Assembly (NCBI RefSeq): GCF_024818015.1
Contig: NZ_CP093908.1
Coordinates: 120,001-152,000, forward strand
DNA: 32,000 nucleotides
Source of the DNA: Candidatus Saccharimonadota bacterium
Lineage (GTDB): Bacteria > Bacteroidota > Bacteroidia > Flavobacteriales > Blattabacteriaceae
Direction of reading: 5' to 3'
Shown here: positions 12,005 through 20,373 of the stretch, piece by piece
How positions within the stretch are numbered: position 1 is the first letter of the stretch
Layout of the letters: the number at the start of each line of letters is the position of its first letter
Made by a program: the position numbers and the translations under genes
Notes under the pieces: generated by a model
The model's database searches: none
What the model saw: only the letters and a program-made list of their open reading frames with translations
What the model was told of the DNA's origin: nothing

Positions 12005-12087
12005 CGGAGAGTGTGAGATTTGAACTCACGAAGCATATAGCTGACAGTTTAGCAAACTGTTCCGTTAACCCCCTCCGGCAACTCTCC
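12005..12087 (-). tRNA. tRNA-Ser (anticodon GCT), class II with long variable arm
   Basis: Acceptor GGAGAGT/ACTCTCC, anticodon arm ACAGT-TTGCTAA-ACTGT, long variable arm, T arm GTGAG-TTCAAAT-CTCAC. The 5' 23 nt overlap the 3' end of the der ORF. Confidence 0.85.
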
Positions 12088-13390
12088 TAAGTCTAAATAA
12101 AATTTTGATAGGAATCCCTGTAAAATTAAATTTTTCTCTTATATTATTTTCTATAAATCTTTTATATGATTCTTTTATATTATATGGATAATTAGTAAAA
12201 AATAGAAATTGAGGATTATATGTTGGGATTTGACGACAATATTTTATTTTAAGAAATTTCCCATTTATTGATGGGTGAGGATTTTTATTTAAAATAGGTA
12301 ATATAATTTTATTAAGTAAACTTGTTTTTATTCTTAATCTGAAATTAAATGTAATTTTAACTGCCGTTTTTAGAGATTTTATTATATCTTTTTTTGTCAA
12401 AGATGAAGTAAAAAATATAGGAACATCCTTAAAAGGAGCTATTATTTTTTTTATTTTATTTTCATAACTATTTATTAAATCATTATCATGATAATTTAAT
12501 AGATCGCTTTTATTTATTAATAAAACTATACCTTTATTATTATTCTCAATTATTTTCAAGATATTAATATCTTGAGATTCAAAACCAGATTTACAATCTA
12601 TTATTAGTAGAGATACATCTGAATTCTGTATAGATTTAATTGCTCTCATTACAGAATAAAACTCTATATCTTCTTTTATCTTTTTTTTTTTTCTAATCCC
12701 AGCAGTATCTACTAATATACATTCAATTCCAAATTTTGAATATAAAACATCTATACTATCTCTTGTTGTGCCAGAAATGTTTGTAACAATATTTTTATTT
12801 TTATTTAGTAGTGTATTTATTAAAGTTGATTTTCCTACATTAGGACGTCCTACTAGAGCTAGTCTCGGAATCTGTTTTTTATATATATTTTTATTTTTAT
12901 CAAAATTTGATACTATTGAATCTAATAATTTCTCTGTTCCAGTTCCATTAATAGATGATATCCAATATGTTTTTGGAATACCAAATTTCCAATATTGGTA
13001 AGTATTATATATATTTTTATATATATCTATTTTATTGATTACTAAATAAATACTCTTTTTTAGTTTACGTATCATTTTTGAGATATCGTAATCAATTCCT
13101 AAAAGATCATTACTGGGATCTACTAAAAAAAGTATAACATCTGATTCTGCTAATGCAAAAAAAAATTGTTCACATATTTGTTTTTCAAAAATATGTTTTG
13201 ATTCATTTGTATATCCTCCTGTATCTATTAAACAAAATTCTATCCCATTCCAATTGCAAAAACCATAATTTCTATCTCTAGTGATTCCACTTTTAGAATT
13301 AACTATAGATTTTTTATATCCTATTAAACGATTAAAAAGTGTAGATTTTCCTACATTAGGACGTCCTACTAGAGAAACTATTTTAGTCAT
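12065..13390 (-). CDS. der: ribosome-associated GTPase Der/EngA (two tandem GTPase domains plus a KH-like domain)
   Basis: Two G1 motifs (GRPNVGKST twice), DTGG and DTAG G3 motifs, and NKID and NKSD G4 motifs. The last seven codons plus the stop (RRVAGGG*) are encoded by the 5' part of tRNA-Ser. Confidence 0.9.
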   Translation of the reverse strand: MTKIVSLVGRPNVGKSTLFNRLIGYKKSIVNSKSGITRDRNYGFCNWNGIEFCLIDTGGYTNESKHIFEKQICEQFFFALAESDVILFLVDPSNDLLGIDYDISKMIRKLKKSIYLVINKIDIYKNIYNTYQYWKFGIPKTYWISSINGTGTEKLLDSIVSNFDKNKNIYKKQIPRLALVGRPNVGKSTLINTLLNKNKNIVTNISGTTRDSIDVLYSKFGIECILVDTAGIRKKKKIKEDIEFYSVMRAIKSIQNSDVSLLIIDCKSGFESQDINILKIIENNNKGIVLLINKSDLLNYHDNDLINSYENKIKKIIAPFKDVPIFFTSSLTKKDIIKSLKTAVKITFNFRLRIKTSLLNKIILPILNKNPHPSINGKFLKIKYCRQIPTYNPQFLFFTNYPYNIKESYKRFIENNIREKFNFTGIPIKILFRLRRVAGGG

Positions 13391-13392
13391 TT

Positions 13393-14226
13393 TTAAAATA
13401 TATGTTTATATGCATTGTAAGATGATCTGACTAATGGACCACTTTCTACATATAGAAAACCCATATCTAATGCAATATTTTCATATTTTTTAAATATATA
13501 AGGGGGGATAAATTTTTTTACATAAAGATGTTTAATAGAAGGAGATAAATATTGACCGATAGTAATTATATCAATATTAGCATTTCTACTATCTTTTAAA
13601 GTTTGTATCACCTCTTTTTCCGTTTCACCTAATCCTAACATAATTCCAGTTTTTGTTCTTATATTACTTATATATTTTATATATTTTAATACATTAATAC
13701 TACGATCATACTTAGCTTGAATACGGACTTTTTTAGTTAATCGACGTACAGTTTCTATATTATGTGATATAACCTCTGGTTTTTCATTTACAATAATATT
13801 TATTAAATTTTTTATACCTTTAAAATCAGGAATCAATGTTTCTAGTGATATTTTCTTGTTTAGATTTTTTATCGCTTTTATTGTTTTTCCCCATATAATG
13901 GCTCCCATATCTTTTAAATCATCTCGATCTACTGATGTAATCACTGCATGTTTAATTTTCATAATTTTTATATTATGAGCAATTTTTTTGGGTTCAGAAA
14001 AATCAATTTTTTTGGGTTTTCCTGTTTTTACTCCACAAAATTTACATGATCTTGTACAGATATTTCCTAATATAATAAAAGTTGCTACTCCTTGTTCCCA
14101 ACATTCAGCTATATTAGGACAACTACCACTTTTACAAATAGTATTTAAATTATTTGATATTTTATTATATTTATCTGGGGATTTAACACGTAACCATTTA
14201 GGTTTAAAATTTGGTTTTTTTTTCAT
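13393..14226 (-). CDS. lipA: lipoyl synthase
   Basis: N-terminal cluster CxxxxCxxxxxC ([12 protein letters not shown]) and radical-SAM CxxxCxxC ([10 protein letters not shown]). The start is probably ATG 14226; the track begins at GTG 14229. Confidence 0.9.
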   Translation of the reverse strand: MKKKPNFKPKWLRVKSPDKYNKISNNLNTICKSGSCPNIAECWEQGVATFIILGNICTRSCKFCGVKTGKPKKIDFSEPKKIAHNIKIMKIKHAVITSVDRDDLKDMGAIIWGKTIKAIKNLNKKISLETLIPDFKGIKNLINIIVNEKPEVISHNIETVRRLTKKVRIQAKYDRSINVLKYIKYISNIRTKTGIMLGLGETEKEVIQTLKDSRNANIDIITIGQYLSPSIKHLYVKKFIPPYIFKKYENIALDMGFLYVESGPLVRSSYNAYKHIF

Positions 14227-14362
14227 CACTTACAGTTAGTTTTTTTCTTTTTTTATTTCTTCTTCTGGCTAATAATTTTCGTCCATTTTTACTACTCATT
14301 CTTTTTCTAAAACCATGATTATTTAGTCTTTTAATATTAGAGGGTTGATAAGTTCTTTTCAT
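14204..14362 (-). CDS. rpmH: 50S ribosomal protein L34 (52 aa, below the ORF-track size cutoff)
   Basis: My manual translation is [52 protein letters not shown], a canonical L34 sequence. The 3' tail overlaps the lipA start by about 23 nt. Confidence 0.85.
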   Translation of the reverse strand: MKRTYQPSNIKRLNNHGFRKRMSSKNGRKLLARRRNKKRKKLTVSDEKKTKF

Positions 14363-14385
14363 ATGAGTATATTGTATAAACAAGG

Positions 14386-14469
14386 TGCGGGTAAAGGGAC
14401 TTGAACCCCCATATCCGTAAAGATACTAGATCCTAAATCTAGCGTGTATACCTATTTCACCATACCCGC
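14386..14469 (-). tRNA. tRNA-Leu (anticodon TAG), class II
   Basis: Acceptor GCGGGTA/TACCCGC, anticodon arm CTAGA-TTTAGGA-TCTAG, long variable arm, T loop TTCAAGT. Confidence 0.85.
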
Positions 14470-14475
14470 TATGAT

Positions 14476-14568
14476 TTACTTTTTAGTTTTATGTCTATTT
14501 TTTCTACTTCTCTTTTTACGTTTATGTGTTGATATTTTTTTTTTTTTTCTTTTTTTTCCGTTTGGCAT
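14476..14568 (-). CDS. 30-aa highly basic peptide, probably ribosomal protein bS22 (AURKAIP1/COX24-like family of Bacteroidota and Actinobacteria)
   Basis: My manual translation is MPNGKKRKKKKISTHKRKKRSRKNRHKTKK*. It resembles the conserved MPSGKKRKRHK.ATHKRKKR.RKNRHK micro-ORF of Flavobacteriia. It contains an A14 run on the coding strand (14535-14548). Confidence 0.55.
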   Translation of the reverse strand: MPNGKKRKKKKISTHKRKKRSRKNRHKTKK

Positions 14569-14586
14569 ATATTTTTATATTATATA

Positions 14587-16386
14587 TTATAATACCTGAT
14601 ATACTTTATTAAGTATATCGGATACTGTAAAAGTCATTATTTTATTTAGAGCTATTGGAGAAATTAAAAATTTCTCACGTATAATATTACTTAATTGACC
14701 ATTATTTATTTCAGGAATAAGAATTTTATCAAAATTATAGATTATATCTTTCATCCCATTAGGGAATGGATATATATATTCTATATGCATACTAGATACA
14801 GAATATCCTTTTCTAATCAGCTTCTTTACTGCTTCTGTTATACATCCATAAGTTGACCCCCAACTTAATATCAGAAGTTTTCCTTTTTTTTTTCCTATAT
14901 TTCTTTTTTTTAAAGGTAAATAATTTTTAAGTTTCTTTATTTTCTTCTGACGATTTTTTATCATAAATTCATGATTTTCTTCTTCTGAAGATACATTTCC
15001 TGTTAAATTTTCTTTTTCTAATCCTCCAATGAGATTTTCATAGCCTCTGTTCCCAGGAGGAACCCAGAATCTTATTCCGTTTTTATTTCTTTCATATGGA
15101 AGTTTCTTATTTTTATAATTATAATTAACTTTGATTCTCTTTAAATCTTTCCCTTTAGGGAATTTCCATGTTTCATAGCTATTTGCTAAATATCCATCAC
15201 TAAGTATTATAACTGGAGTCATATACTCAATAGCAATTTTACAAGCAATAAAAGAAATATAAAAACAGTTAGAAGGAGATTTAGAAGCAAGTATTGGAAT
15301 AGGACATTCTCCATGTCTTCCATAAAAAGCTTGCATTAAATCTGATTGTTCTGTTTTAGTAGGTAATCCTGTAGAAGGACCAGCACGTTGAACATTTATT
15401 ACTACTAATGGTAATTCTAGCATAAAACATAAACCTAATCCTTCTTGTTTAAGTGACATTCCAGGACCTGAAGTTCCAGTAACCCCTAAATTACCTGAAT
15501 AAGAGGCTCCTATTGCTGAGGTTATAGCTGATATTTCATCTTCAGCTTGGAAGGTTTTTATTCCATATTTAGATATATTATTGAATATTTCTGAAGCTGG
15601 TGTAATAGGATACCATGAATAAAACATATTTATGTTAGCTTTTTTACAAGCTGCAATCATTCCTAATGAAATCCCTTCGTTACCATTTATATTTCTATAT
15701 CTCCCCGATTTTTTTTTATAATAAAATATTCTATATTTTTCTGTATAAAAACCTTTTTTTTTTCCAAAAAAATATCCAGATTTTAAGATTTTTAAATTAT
15801 ATTTATTCTCTTTTTTAGAGAAAAAAACATTTTTTGAAAAATTAAAATTATATAACCAACATAAAAATCCTAAAACAAACATATTCTTAAATAAAAAAGA
15901 TTTTTTCTTATTAATCTTTATATTTCTTTTATAAAGAGAAGATGAAATCTTTAAACAAAATACTTTATATTTTTTTAAAGTATATTCTAAATCTAAATAT
16001 CCGGCTAATTTTAATTGGTTTTTGTTAAACCCAGAAATATCAGCAATAATTATTCCTCCAACCTTTAATTTCTTTAAATTTTTTTTCAATAAAAATGCAT
16101 TCATTACTACTAATACATCATATTTTTCACCTGTATAAGAAATATGTTTATTGCTAATATGTATTTTAACTCCAGAAAAACCAGCACGTATTTCAGCAGT
16201 AAAATCTGAGAAAGTGCTTATATAATTACCTGATGAGGTACATGTATCTGATAATTTCTTACCAAGAAATTGGATTCCATCCCCAGAATTTCCTGCAAAT
16301 AGTATGATTACATCATTTAATAAGCTAGTCATTCTTTTTTTACAGATTCTTTCTAATCCTGCATCTTCAATTAAATTTGAAAGCAT
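14587..16386 (-). CDS. korA: 2-oxoglutarate/2-oxoacid:ferredoxin oxidoreductase, alpha subunit (fused gamma-alpha type)
   Basis: N-terminal gamma-like domain (FAGNSGDGIQFLG...FSDFTAEIRAG...YDVLVVMN) and an alpha domain (GNEGISLGMIAA...YPITPASEI...GPGMSLKQEGLG...QRAGPSTGLPTK.EQSDL). The likely true start is ATG 16332 (MTSLLNDV), which removes the overlap with trpS. Confidence 0.8.
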   Translation of the reverse strand: MLSNLIEDAGLERICKKRMTSLLNDVIILFAGNSGDGIQFLGKKLSDTCTSSGNYISTFSDFTAEIRAGFSGVKIHISNKHISYTGEKYDVLVVMNAFLLKKNLKKLKVGGIIIADISGFNKNQLKLAGYLDLEYTLKKYKVFCLKISSSLYKRNIKINKKKSFLFKNMFVLGFLCWLYNFNFSKNVFFSKKENKYNLKILKSGYFFGKKKGFYTEKYRIFYYKKKSGRYRNINGNEGISLGMIAACKKANINMFYSWYPITPASEIFNNISKYGIKTFQAEDEISAITSAIGASYSGNLGVTGTSGPGMSLKQEGLGLCFMLELPLVVINVQRAGPSTGLPTKTEQSDLMQAFYGRHGECPIPILASKSPSNCFYISFIACKIAIEYMTPVIILSDGYLANSYETWKFPKGKDLKRIKVNYNYKNKKLPYERNKNGIRFWVPPGNRGYENLIGGLEKENLTGNVSSEEENHEFMIKNRQKKIKKLKNYLPLKKRNIGKKKGKLLILSWGSTYGCITEAVKKLIRKGYSVSSMHIEYIYPFPNGMKDIIYNFDKILIPEINNGQLSNIIREKFLISPIALNKIMTFTVSDILNKVYQVL

Positions 16387-17290
16387 TTCTAATTCTTTTT
16401 ATTGTAAGATTTGCTATTTTACTAGCTTTTTTAGCTCCTTTATAGAAAATTGATTTTATTATTTTTTTATTTTTTAAATAAAATTTATATTTTTTTCTTT
16501 CATATGAAAAACGGTTTATTATATATTTATATAATTCTATTTTTGCTTTTTTATATGCGGTTTTTTTTTTAAAAGATAAAAAATCATTTTTATTAGATAA
16601 TATTTTATAGATTTTATAGATCATGTGATTCTTATCATTATAACTAGTTGTATGTATACTCATTATTTGTCTTTTTATTTCTTTTTTAGAATAGAAAATA
16701 TTAATTGTATTTTTTCTTGATTTACTCATTTTATATCCATCTATACCTGGTATAGACATTGAATCTTTTTTTATTTTTGCTTCTGGTATAATTAATATAT
16801 TTTTAATTAGATTATTCATTTTTTTTGCAATTTTTCTTGTTATTTCAATATGTTGTAATTGATCTTTACCAACATATACTTTATTTGAATCAAAAAGAAG
16901 TATGTCAGCTGCCATTAAAATCGGATATGTAAACATTCCTGTATTATTGATTTTATTTTTATCTTTAAAAGAATGAGATAATTGAAGCCTTCGGTAAGGA
17001 AAAAAACAATTTAAATACCAGAAAAGTTCCGTAACTTGAGTAATATCAGATTGTCTATATAAAATAGCTTTATATATTTTTAAGCCACAAGCTAACCATG
17101 CAGATGCTATTTTATATGAATAATCTTTATAACTCTGTTTTAGTGAGGTAAGTGAATGTAAATCAGCTATTAAAATAAATACACTTTCTAGTGAATTATT
17201 CACTATTTCAATAATTGGTAACATTACTCCTAATACATTTCCTATATGTGGAATACCAGTACTTTGAATTCCTGTTAATATTATAGACAT
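16367..17290 (-). CDS. trpS: tryptophan--tRNA ligase
   Basis: Class I motifs: a HIGH-like GIQSTGIPHIGN and a KMSKS (YKMSKS), plus MAADILL and GKDQLQHIEITR. Confidence 0.9.
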   Translation of the reverse strand: MSIILTGIQSTGIPHIGNVLGVMLPIIEIVNNSLESVFILIADLHSLTSLKQSYKDYSYKIASAWLACGLKIYKAILYRQSDITQVTELFWYLNCFFPYRRLQLSHSFKDKNKINNTGMFTYPILMAADILLFDSNKVYVGKDQLQHIEITRKIAKKMNNLIKNILIIPEAKIKKDSMSIPGIDGYKMSKSRKNTINIFYSKKEIKRQIMSIHTTSYNDKNHMIYKIYKILSNKNDFLSFKKKTAYKKAKIELYKYIINRFSYERKKYKFYLKNKKIIKSIFYKGAKKASKIANLTIKRIRNAFKFN

Positions 17291-17696
17291 ATTTTTAAAT
17301 TATTAATTATCTACTTTATTAAAATTCTTTTTTAAAAAAAAATCCTAGATTCTCAATAGTTTGATCACATCATATATAATACCAGTTCCTAAAGAACGTT
17401 TTCAATTCAAAAAATCTTTAGATTTCATATTTCCAGCAAATACTTGATCAAAAATAAAATGATTTCATTCTGTTATAAATTTTTCATAAATTCAACCTCC
17501 ATTTTTAGGAGAAATTATTAGGTTCATAATATCCTCTTCAAGGAATAAAACTTTTTTCAATTTTATCGATGATTGTTTTATCTATTTCTGTTTTATTCTC
17601 TTTATCTGAATAATAAATATCATTAATTCTTTTATAGAATTTCTTAAAATCGGTTTATATGCTTTTACCTCGGCTTCAGCATCAGCTTCAACATAA

Positions 17697-17728
17697 GGTC
17701 TTGATCTTGGTCTTGGTCTTGGTCTTGG
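17697..17728. repeat. hexanucleotide tandem repeat (GGTCTT)x5, one copy GATCTT
   Basis: Read directly: ggtctt gatctt ggtctt ggtctt ggtctt. On the minus strand this is (CCAAGA)n, encoding PRPRPRPRSR or QDQDQDQD depending on frame. Confidence 0.9.
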
Positions 17729-17910
17729 GGTTTTATTTTCTTTTTTAGGATCTGTTTAATTTTTATATGTTTTTTTAGCTTTTTCTCCATAAATTTTATG
17801 AAAATATGTTTCTCCAATTTTCTTTTCAGAAATATTCTGAAAATCTGTTTTATTATCTTTTTCTCTATTAACATTTGCTTCTGTTTCTGGATTTTCGAAA
17901 CTAATCTCTT

Positions 17911-17931
17911 TATTTCCTTTATTTCCTTTAT
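17911..17931. repeat. 9-bp tandem duplication (TATTTCCTT x2 plus a partial copy)
   Basis: Read directly. On the minus strand it encodes KGN-KGN. Confidence 0.8.
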
Positions 17932-18143
17932 CTTGCTCTTTAGATGGTTTTTCATATACTTTTTAAATTAGTTCAATTAACTCAATATCTTTTAAAAGAT
18001 TTCTCATTATTATCCTTACAATATGAATAATACGCAAAATATTGTAATTAACTTTATAATGAACTTGAGATTTTTAAATAATTTTAATCATTGTTTTAAA
18101 AATTTTTCTTTATATATAATATAAATCTAAAAATTAAAAATTT

Positions 18144-19496
18144 ATGAAATTAAATTTTAATTCTATTAAAGATATTATTTCTAATTATAGATTATATCTT
18201 TCAAAGAAAATCTCCATTAAAGGATGGGTAAAGCATTTTCGTTCTAATTGTTTTATCATTATAAGTGATGGATCTACTATAAAAAATATACAAATTTATG
18301 TTGATAAACACAATTGGGTTTTTCAAAAAATTAATATTGGAGTTTCATTAGAAGTAATAGGTGTTGTTGTTTTCAGTAAAGGGAAAAAACAAATTATAGA
18401 AATATATGCTAATAAAATTAAGATTTTTGGAAATTTGAATCCGGAAGATTTACAAAAAACTATTTTACAACCTAAAGAACATAGTTTTAAAAAATTAAGA
18501 GAACAAGCATATCTAAGATTTAGAACTACTATTTTTAGTTCTATTATGAGAATACGTCATAATATTTCTTTTTCAATACATAAATTTTTTTATAAAAAAA
18601 ATATTTATTATATCAATACTCCTATTATTACAACTTATGATTCTGAAGGAGCTGGAGACATGTTTAGAGTAACAAATAATGATAATGATTTTTTTGGGGC
18701 TTATACATATTTAACTGTATCTGGACAATTACAAGGAGAAGCTGCCGCTTCAGGTTTAGGAAAAATTTATACATTTGGGCCTACTTTTCGTGCAGAAAAA
18801 TCTAATACTTTCAGGCATTTATCTGAATTTTGGATGATAGAACCTGAAATGTCTTTTTATGAATTAAATAATATTATGTCTTTAGCAGAAGAATTCTTAA
18901 AATTTATAATTAAATATGTAATAAAACATTGTTATGAAGATTTATCTTTTTTAGAAAAAAATGTTAAAAAAAATATATTTAAAATATTGTATTCTATCTT
19001 GGATTTTCCTTTTGAAAAAATAAGTTATACTAATGCTATTAAAATTCTTAAATTTAGTAAAAATGTAAAATTTATTTATCCTGTTAATTGGGGAGCGGAT
19101 TTACAATCTGAACATGAAAAATTTTTATCTGAACATTATTTTAATAATCGTCCAATAATTATATTTAATTATCCATTAAAAATTAAACCATTTTATATGC
19201 GTATAAATAATGATAATAAAACTGTAGCAGCTATGGACATAATATTTCCTTATATCGGAGAAATAATAGGGGGATCTCAAAGAGAAGAGAGATATAATGT
19301 TCTATTAAAACGTATGATTGAATCAAATTTAGATACTAAATCACTTTGGTGGTATTTAAATATTAGACGTTTGGGGTCTGTTCCTCATAGTGGATTTGGA
19401 TTAGGATTTGAAAGATTAATTCAATTTATTACAAATATTTCTAATATTAAAGATGTGATTCCCTTCCCTAGATATCAAAATAATGCATTATTCTGA
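18144..19496 (+). CDS. asnS: asparagine--tRNA ligase
   Basis: Class IIb motifs FRAEKSNT.RHL.EFWM.EPE and GSQRE...GSVPHSGFGLGFERL, plus an N-terminal OB fold. It ends ...NNALF with a TGA stop. Confidence 0.9.
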   Translation: MKLNFNSIKDIISNYRLYLSKKISIKGWVKHFRSNCFIIISDGSTIKNIQIYVDKHNWVFQKINIGVSLEVIGVVVFSKGKKQIIEIYANKIKIFGNLNPEDLQKTILQPKEHSFKKLREQAYLRFRTTIFSSIMRIRHNISFSIHKFFYKKNIYYINTPIITTYDSEGAGDMFRVTNNDNDFFGAYTYLTVSGQLQGEAAASGLGKIYTFGPTFRAEKSNTFRHLSEFWMIEPEMSFYELNNIMSLAEEFLKFIIKYVIKHCYEDLSFLEKNVKKNIFKILYSILDFPFEKISYTNAIKILKFSKNVKFIYPVNWGADLQSEHEKFLSEHYFNNRPIIIFNYPLKIKPFYMRINNDNKTVAAMDIIFPYIGEIIGGSQREERYNVLLKRMIESNLDTKSLWWYLNIRRLGSVPHSGFGLGFERLIQFITNISNIKDVIPFPRYQNNALF

Positions 19497-19503
19497 TCTT
19501 ATT

Positions 19504-19586
19504 GGAGAGATGGCTGAGAGGTTAAGGCGCATGCTTGGAAAGCATGTATATTGTATAATACAAGGGTTCGAATCCCTTTCTCTCCG
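19504..19586 (+). tRNA. tRNA-Ser (anticodon GGA), class II
   Basis: Acceptor GGAGAGA/TCTCTCC, anticodon arm CATGC-TTGGAAA-GCATG, long variable arm, T arm AAGGG-TTCGAAT-CCCTT. Confidence 0.85.
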
Positions 19587-19620
19587 CTTAACAAATATTG
19601 TATATTTATTATATGGTCTC

Positions 19621-19694
19621 GGTCTCATAGCTCAATTGGTTAGAGCACCTGACTCATAATCAGGGTGTCGCTGGTTCAAATCCAGTTGAGACCA
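19621..19694 (+). tRNA. tRNA with CAT anticodon, most similar to tRNA-Ile2 (lysidine-modified); elongator Met not excluded
   Basis: Acceptor GGTCTCA/TGAGACC and anticodon arm CCTGA-CTCATAA-TCAGG. The GTCGCTGGTTCAAATCCAG T-arm region resembles E. coli ileX. It lacks the initiator-type GGG/CCC anticodon stem. Confidence 0.75.
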
Positions 19695-19720
19695 CAAATA
19701 ATTATTTAATTTATTAATTA

Positions 19721-20035
19721 ATGGAAGCAATTTTTGAATTGTTAGGTTATCAATATAAAGCTTCTTTAAATTGGGATATTTATATTCCTTTATTAAAAGG
19801 ATATAATAAAGGAAAAAATATTTTTCTAAAAAAAATTTTATTTATTAAAAATAATGGATTAATAATTAATGGATTCCCTTATATAAAGAGGGGTATAATA
19901 AAAGCTAAAATACTAAAACATATTAGAGATAAAAAACAAATTTTTTTAAAATCAAAAAAACGAAAAGGTTTTAAATTAAAAAAAGGACATAGACGATATT
20001 TAACAAAAATAAAAATAATTTCTATTGAATTTTAA
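19721..20035 (+). CDS. rplU: 50S ribosomal protein L21
   Basis: About 104 aa, immediately upstream of rpmA (the conserved rplU-rpmA pair). C-terminal [21 protein letters not shown] is L21-like. Confidence 0.8.
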   Translation: MEAIFELLGYQYKASLNWDIYIPLLKGYNKGKNIFLKKILFIKNNGLIINGFPYIKRGIIKAKILKHIRDKKQIFLKSKKRKGFKLKKGHRRYLTKIKIISIEF

Positions 20036-20038
20036 AAG

Positions 20039-20293
20039 ATGGCTCATAAAAAAGGTGTAGGAAGTTCTAGAAATGGACGTGATTCTTTTAGTAAACGTTT
20101 AGGGGTAAAATTATTTGGAGGACAAATAGCTAAACCTGGAAGTATAATTATAAGGCAACGGGGAACTAAACACCATCCTAAAACAAATGTTTATATGGGA
20201 AAAGATCATACAATACATTCTTTAATATATGGGAAAATTTGTTTTAAGAAAAAAAATAAAAAAAAATCCTTTATATCAGTAATTCCGATTTAA
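20039..20293 (+). CDS. rpmA: 50S ribosomal protein L27
   Basis: [26 protein letters not shown]....[14 protein letters not shown]-like sequence. Confidence 0.95.
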   Translation: MAHKKGVGSSRNGRDSFSKRLGVKLFGGQIAKPGSIIIRQRGTKHHPKTNVYMGKDHTIHSLIYGKICFKKKNKKKSFISVIPI

Positions 20294-20295
20294 AA

Positions 20296-20369
20296 AGCTG
20301 GGTAACTCAGTAGGATAGAGTAATAGTTTCCTAAACTTTTAGTCGCGGGTTCAAATCCCGTCCCAGTTG
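20296..20369 (+). tRNA. tRNA-Arg (anticodon CCT)
   Basis: Acceptor AGCTGGG/CCCAGTT (one G-U pair), D arm ACTC/GAGT, anticodon loop TTCCTAA, T arm GCGGG-TTCAAAT-CCCGT. It starts 2 nt after the rpmA stop. Confidence 0.8.
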
Positions 20370-20373
20370 CCCA

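Larger units (their letters stand above)
17345..18007 (-). pseudogene. decayed gene remnant of unknown function (two in-frame TAA, at least two frameshifts, 3-4 in-frame TGA)
   Basis: Minus-strand conceptual translation, part 1: MRNLLKDIELIELI*KVYEKPSKEQDKGNKGNKEISFENPETEANVNREKDNKTDFQNISEKKIGETYFHKIYGEKAKKTYKN*TDPKKENKTPRPRPRPRSRPYVEADAEAEVKAYKP. After a frameshift: TDFKKFYKRINDIYYSDKENKTEIDKTIIDKIEKSFIP(TGA)RGYYEPNNFS. After a second frameshift: PKNGG(TGA)IYEKFITE(TGA)NHFIFDQVFAGNMKSKDFLN(TGA)KRSLGTGIIYDVIKLLRI*. No family was recognised. The track's 96-aa ORF (17665-17955) is an alternative frame of the same A-rich strand. Confidence 0.5.

Noticed and set aside
17345-17540. The idea that the whole genome uses genetic code 4 (UGA=Trp).
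   Set aside because: asnS, rpsR, prfB and mtaB terminate at TGA exactly at their conserved C-termini. TGG is used for Trp in intact genes. An intact RF2 gene (SPF and GGQ motifs) is present. The TGA codons are confined to the decayed locus.
17665-17955. The 96-aa track ORF (MKNHLKSKIKEIKEIK...QDQDQDQD...) considered as a genuine protein-coding gene.
   Set aside because: It is K/I/L low-complexity sequence on a T-poor strand, where all three frames are rarely interrupted by stops. A neighbouring frame gives a more protein-like but broken translation. I therefore treat the whole locus as a gene remnant, though I cannot exclude that the ORF is expressed.
19615-19627. The direct duplication GGTCTC-GGTCTCA at the 5' edge of the tRNA(CAT) gene, considered as a possible integration or att-site scar.
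   Set aside because: It is only 6 bp, with no partner repeat and no integrase or other foreign genes nearby. It is most simply a small slippage duplication of the acceptor-stem 5' strand.
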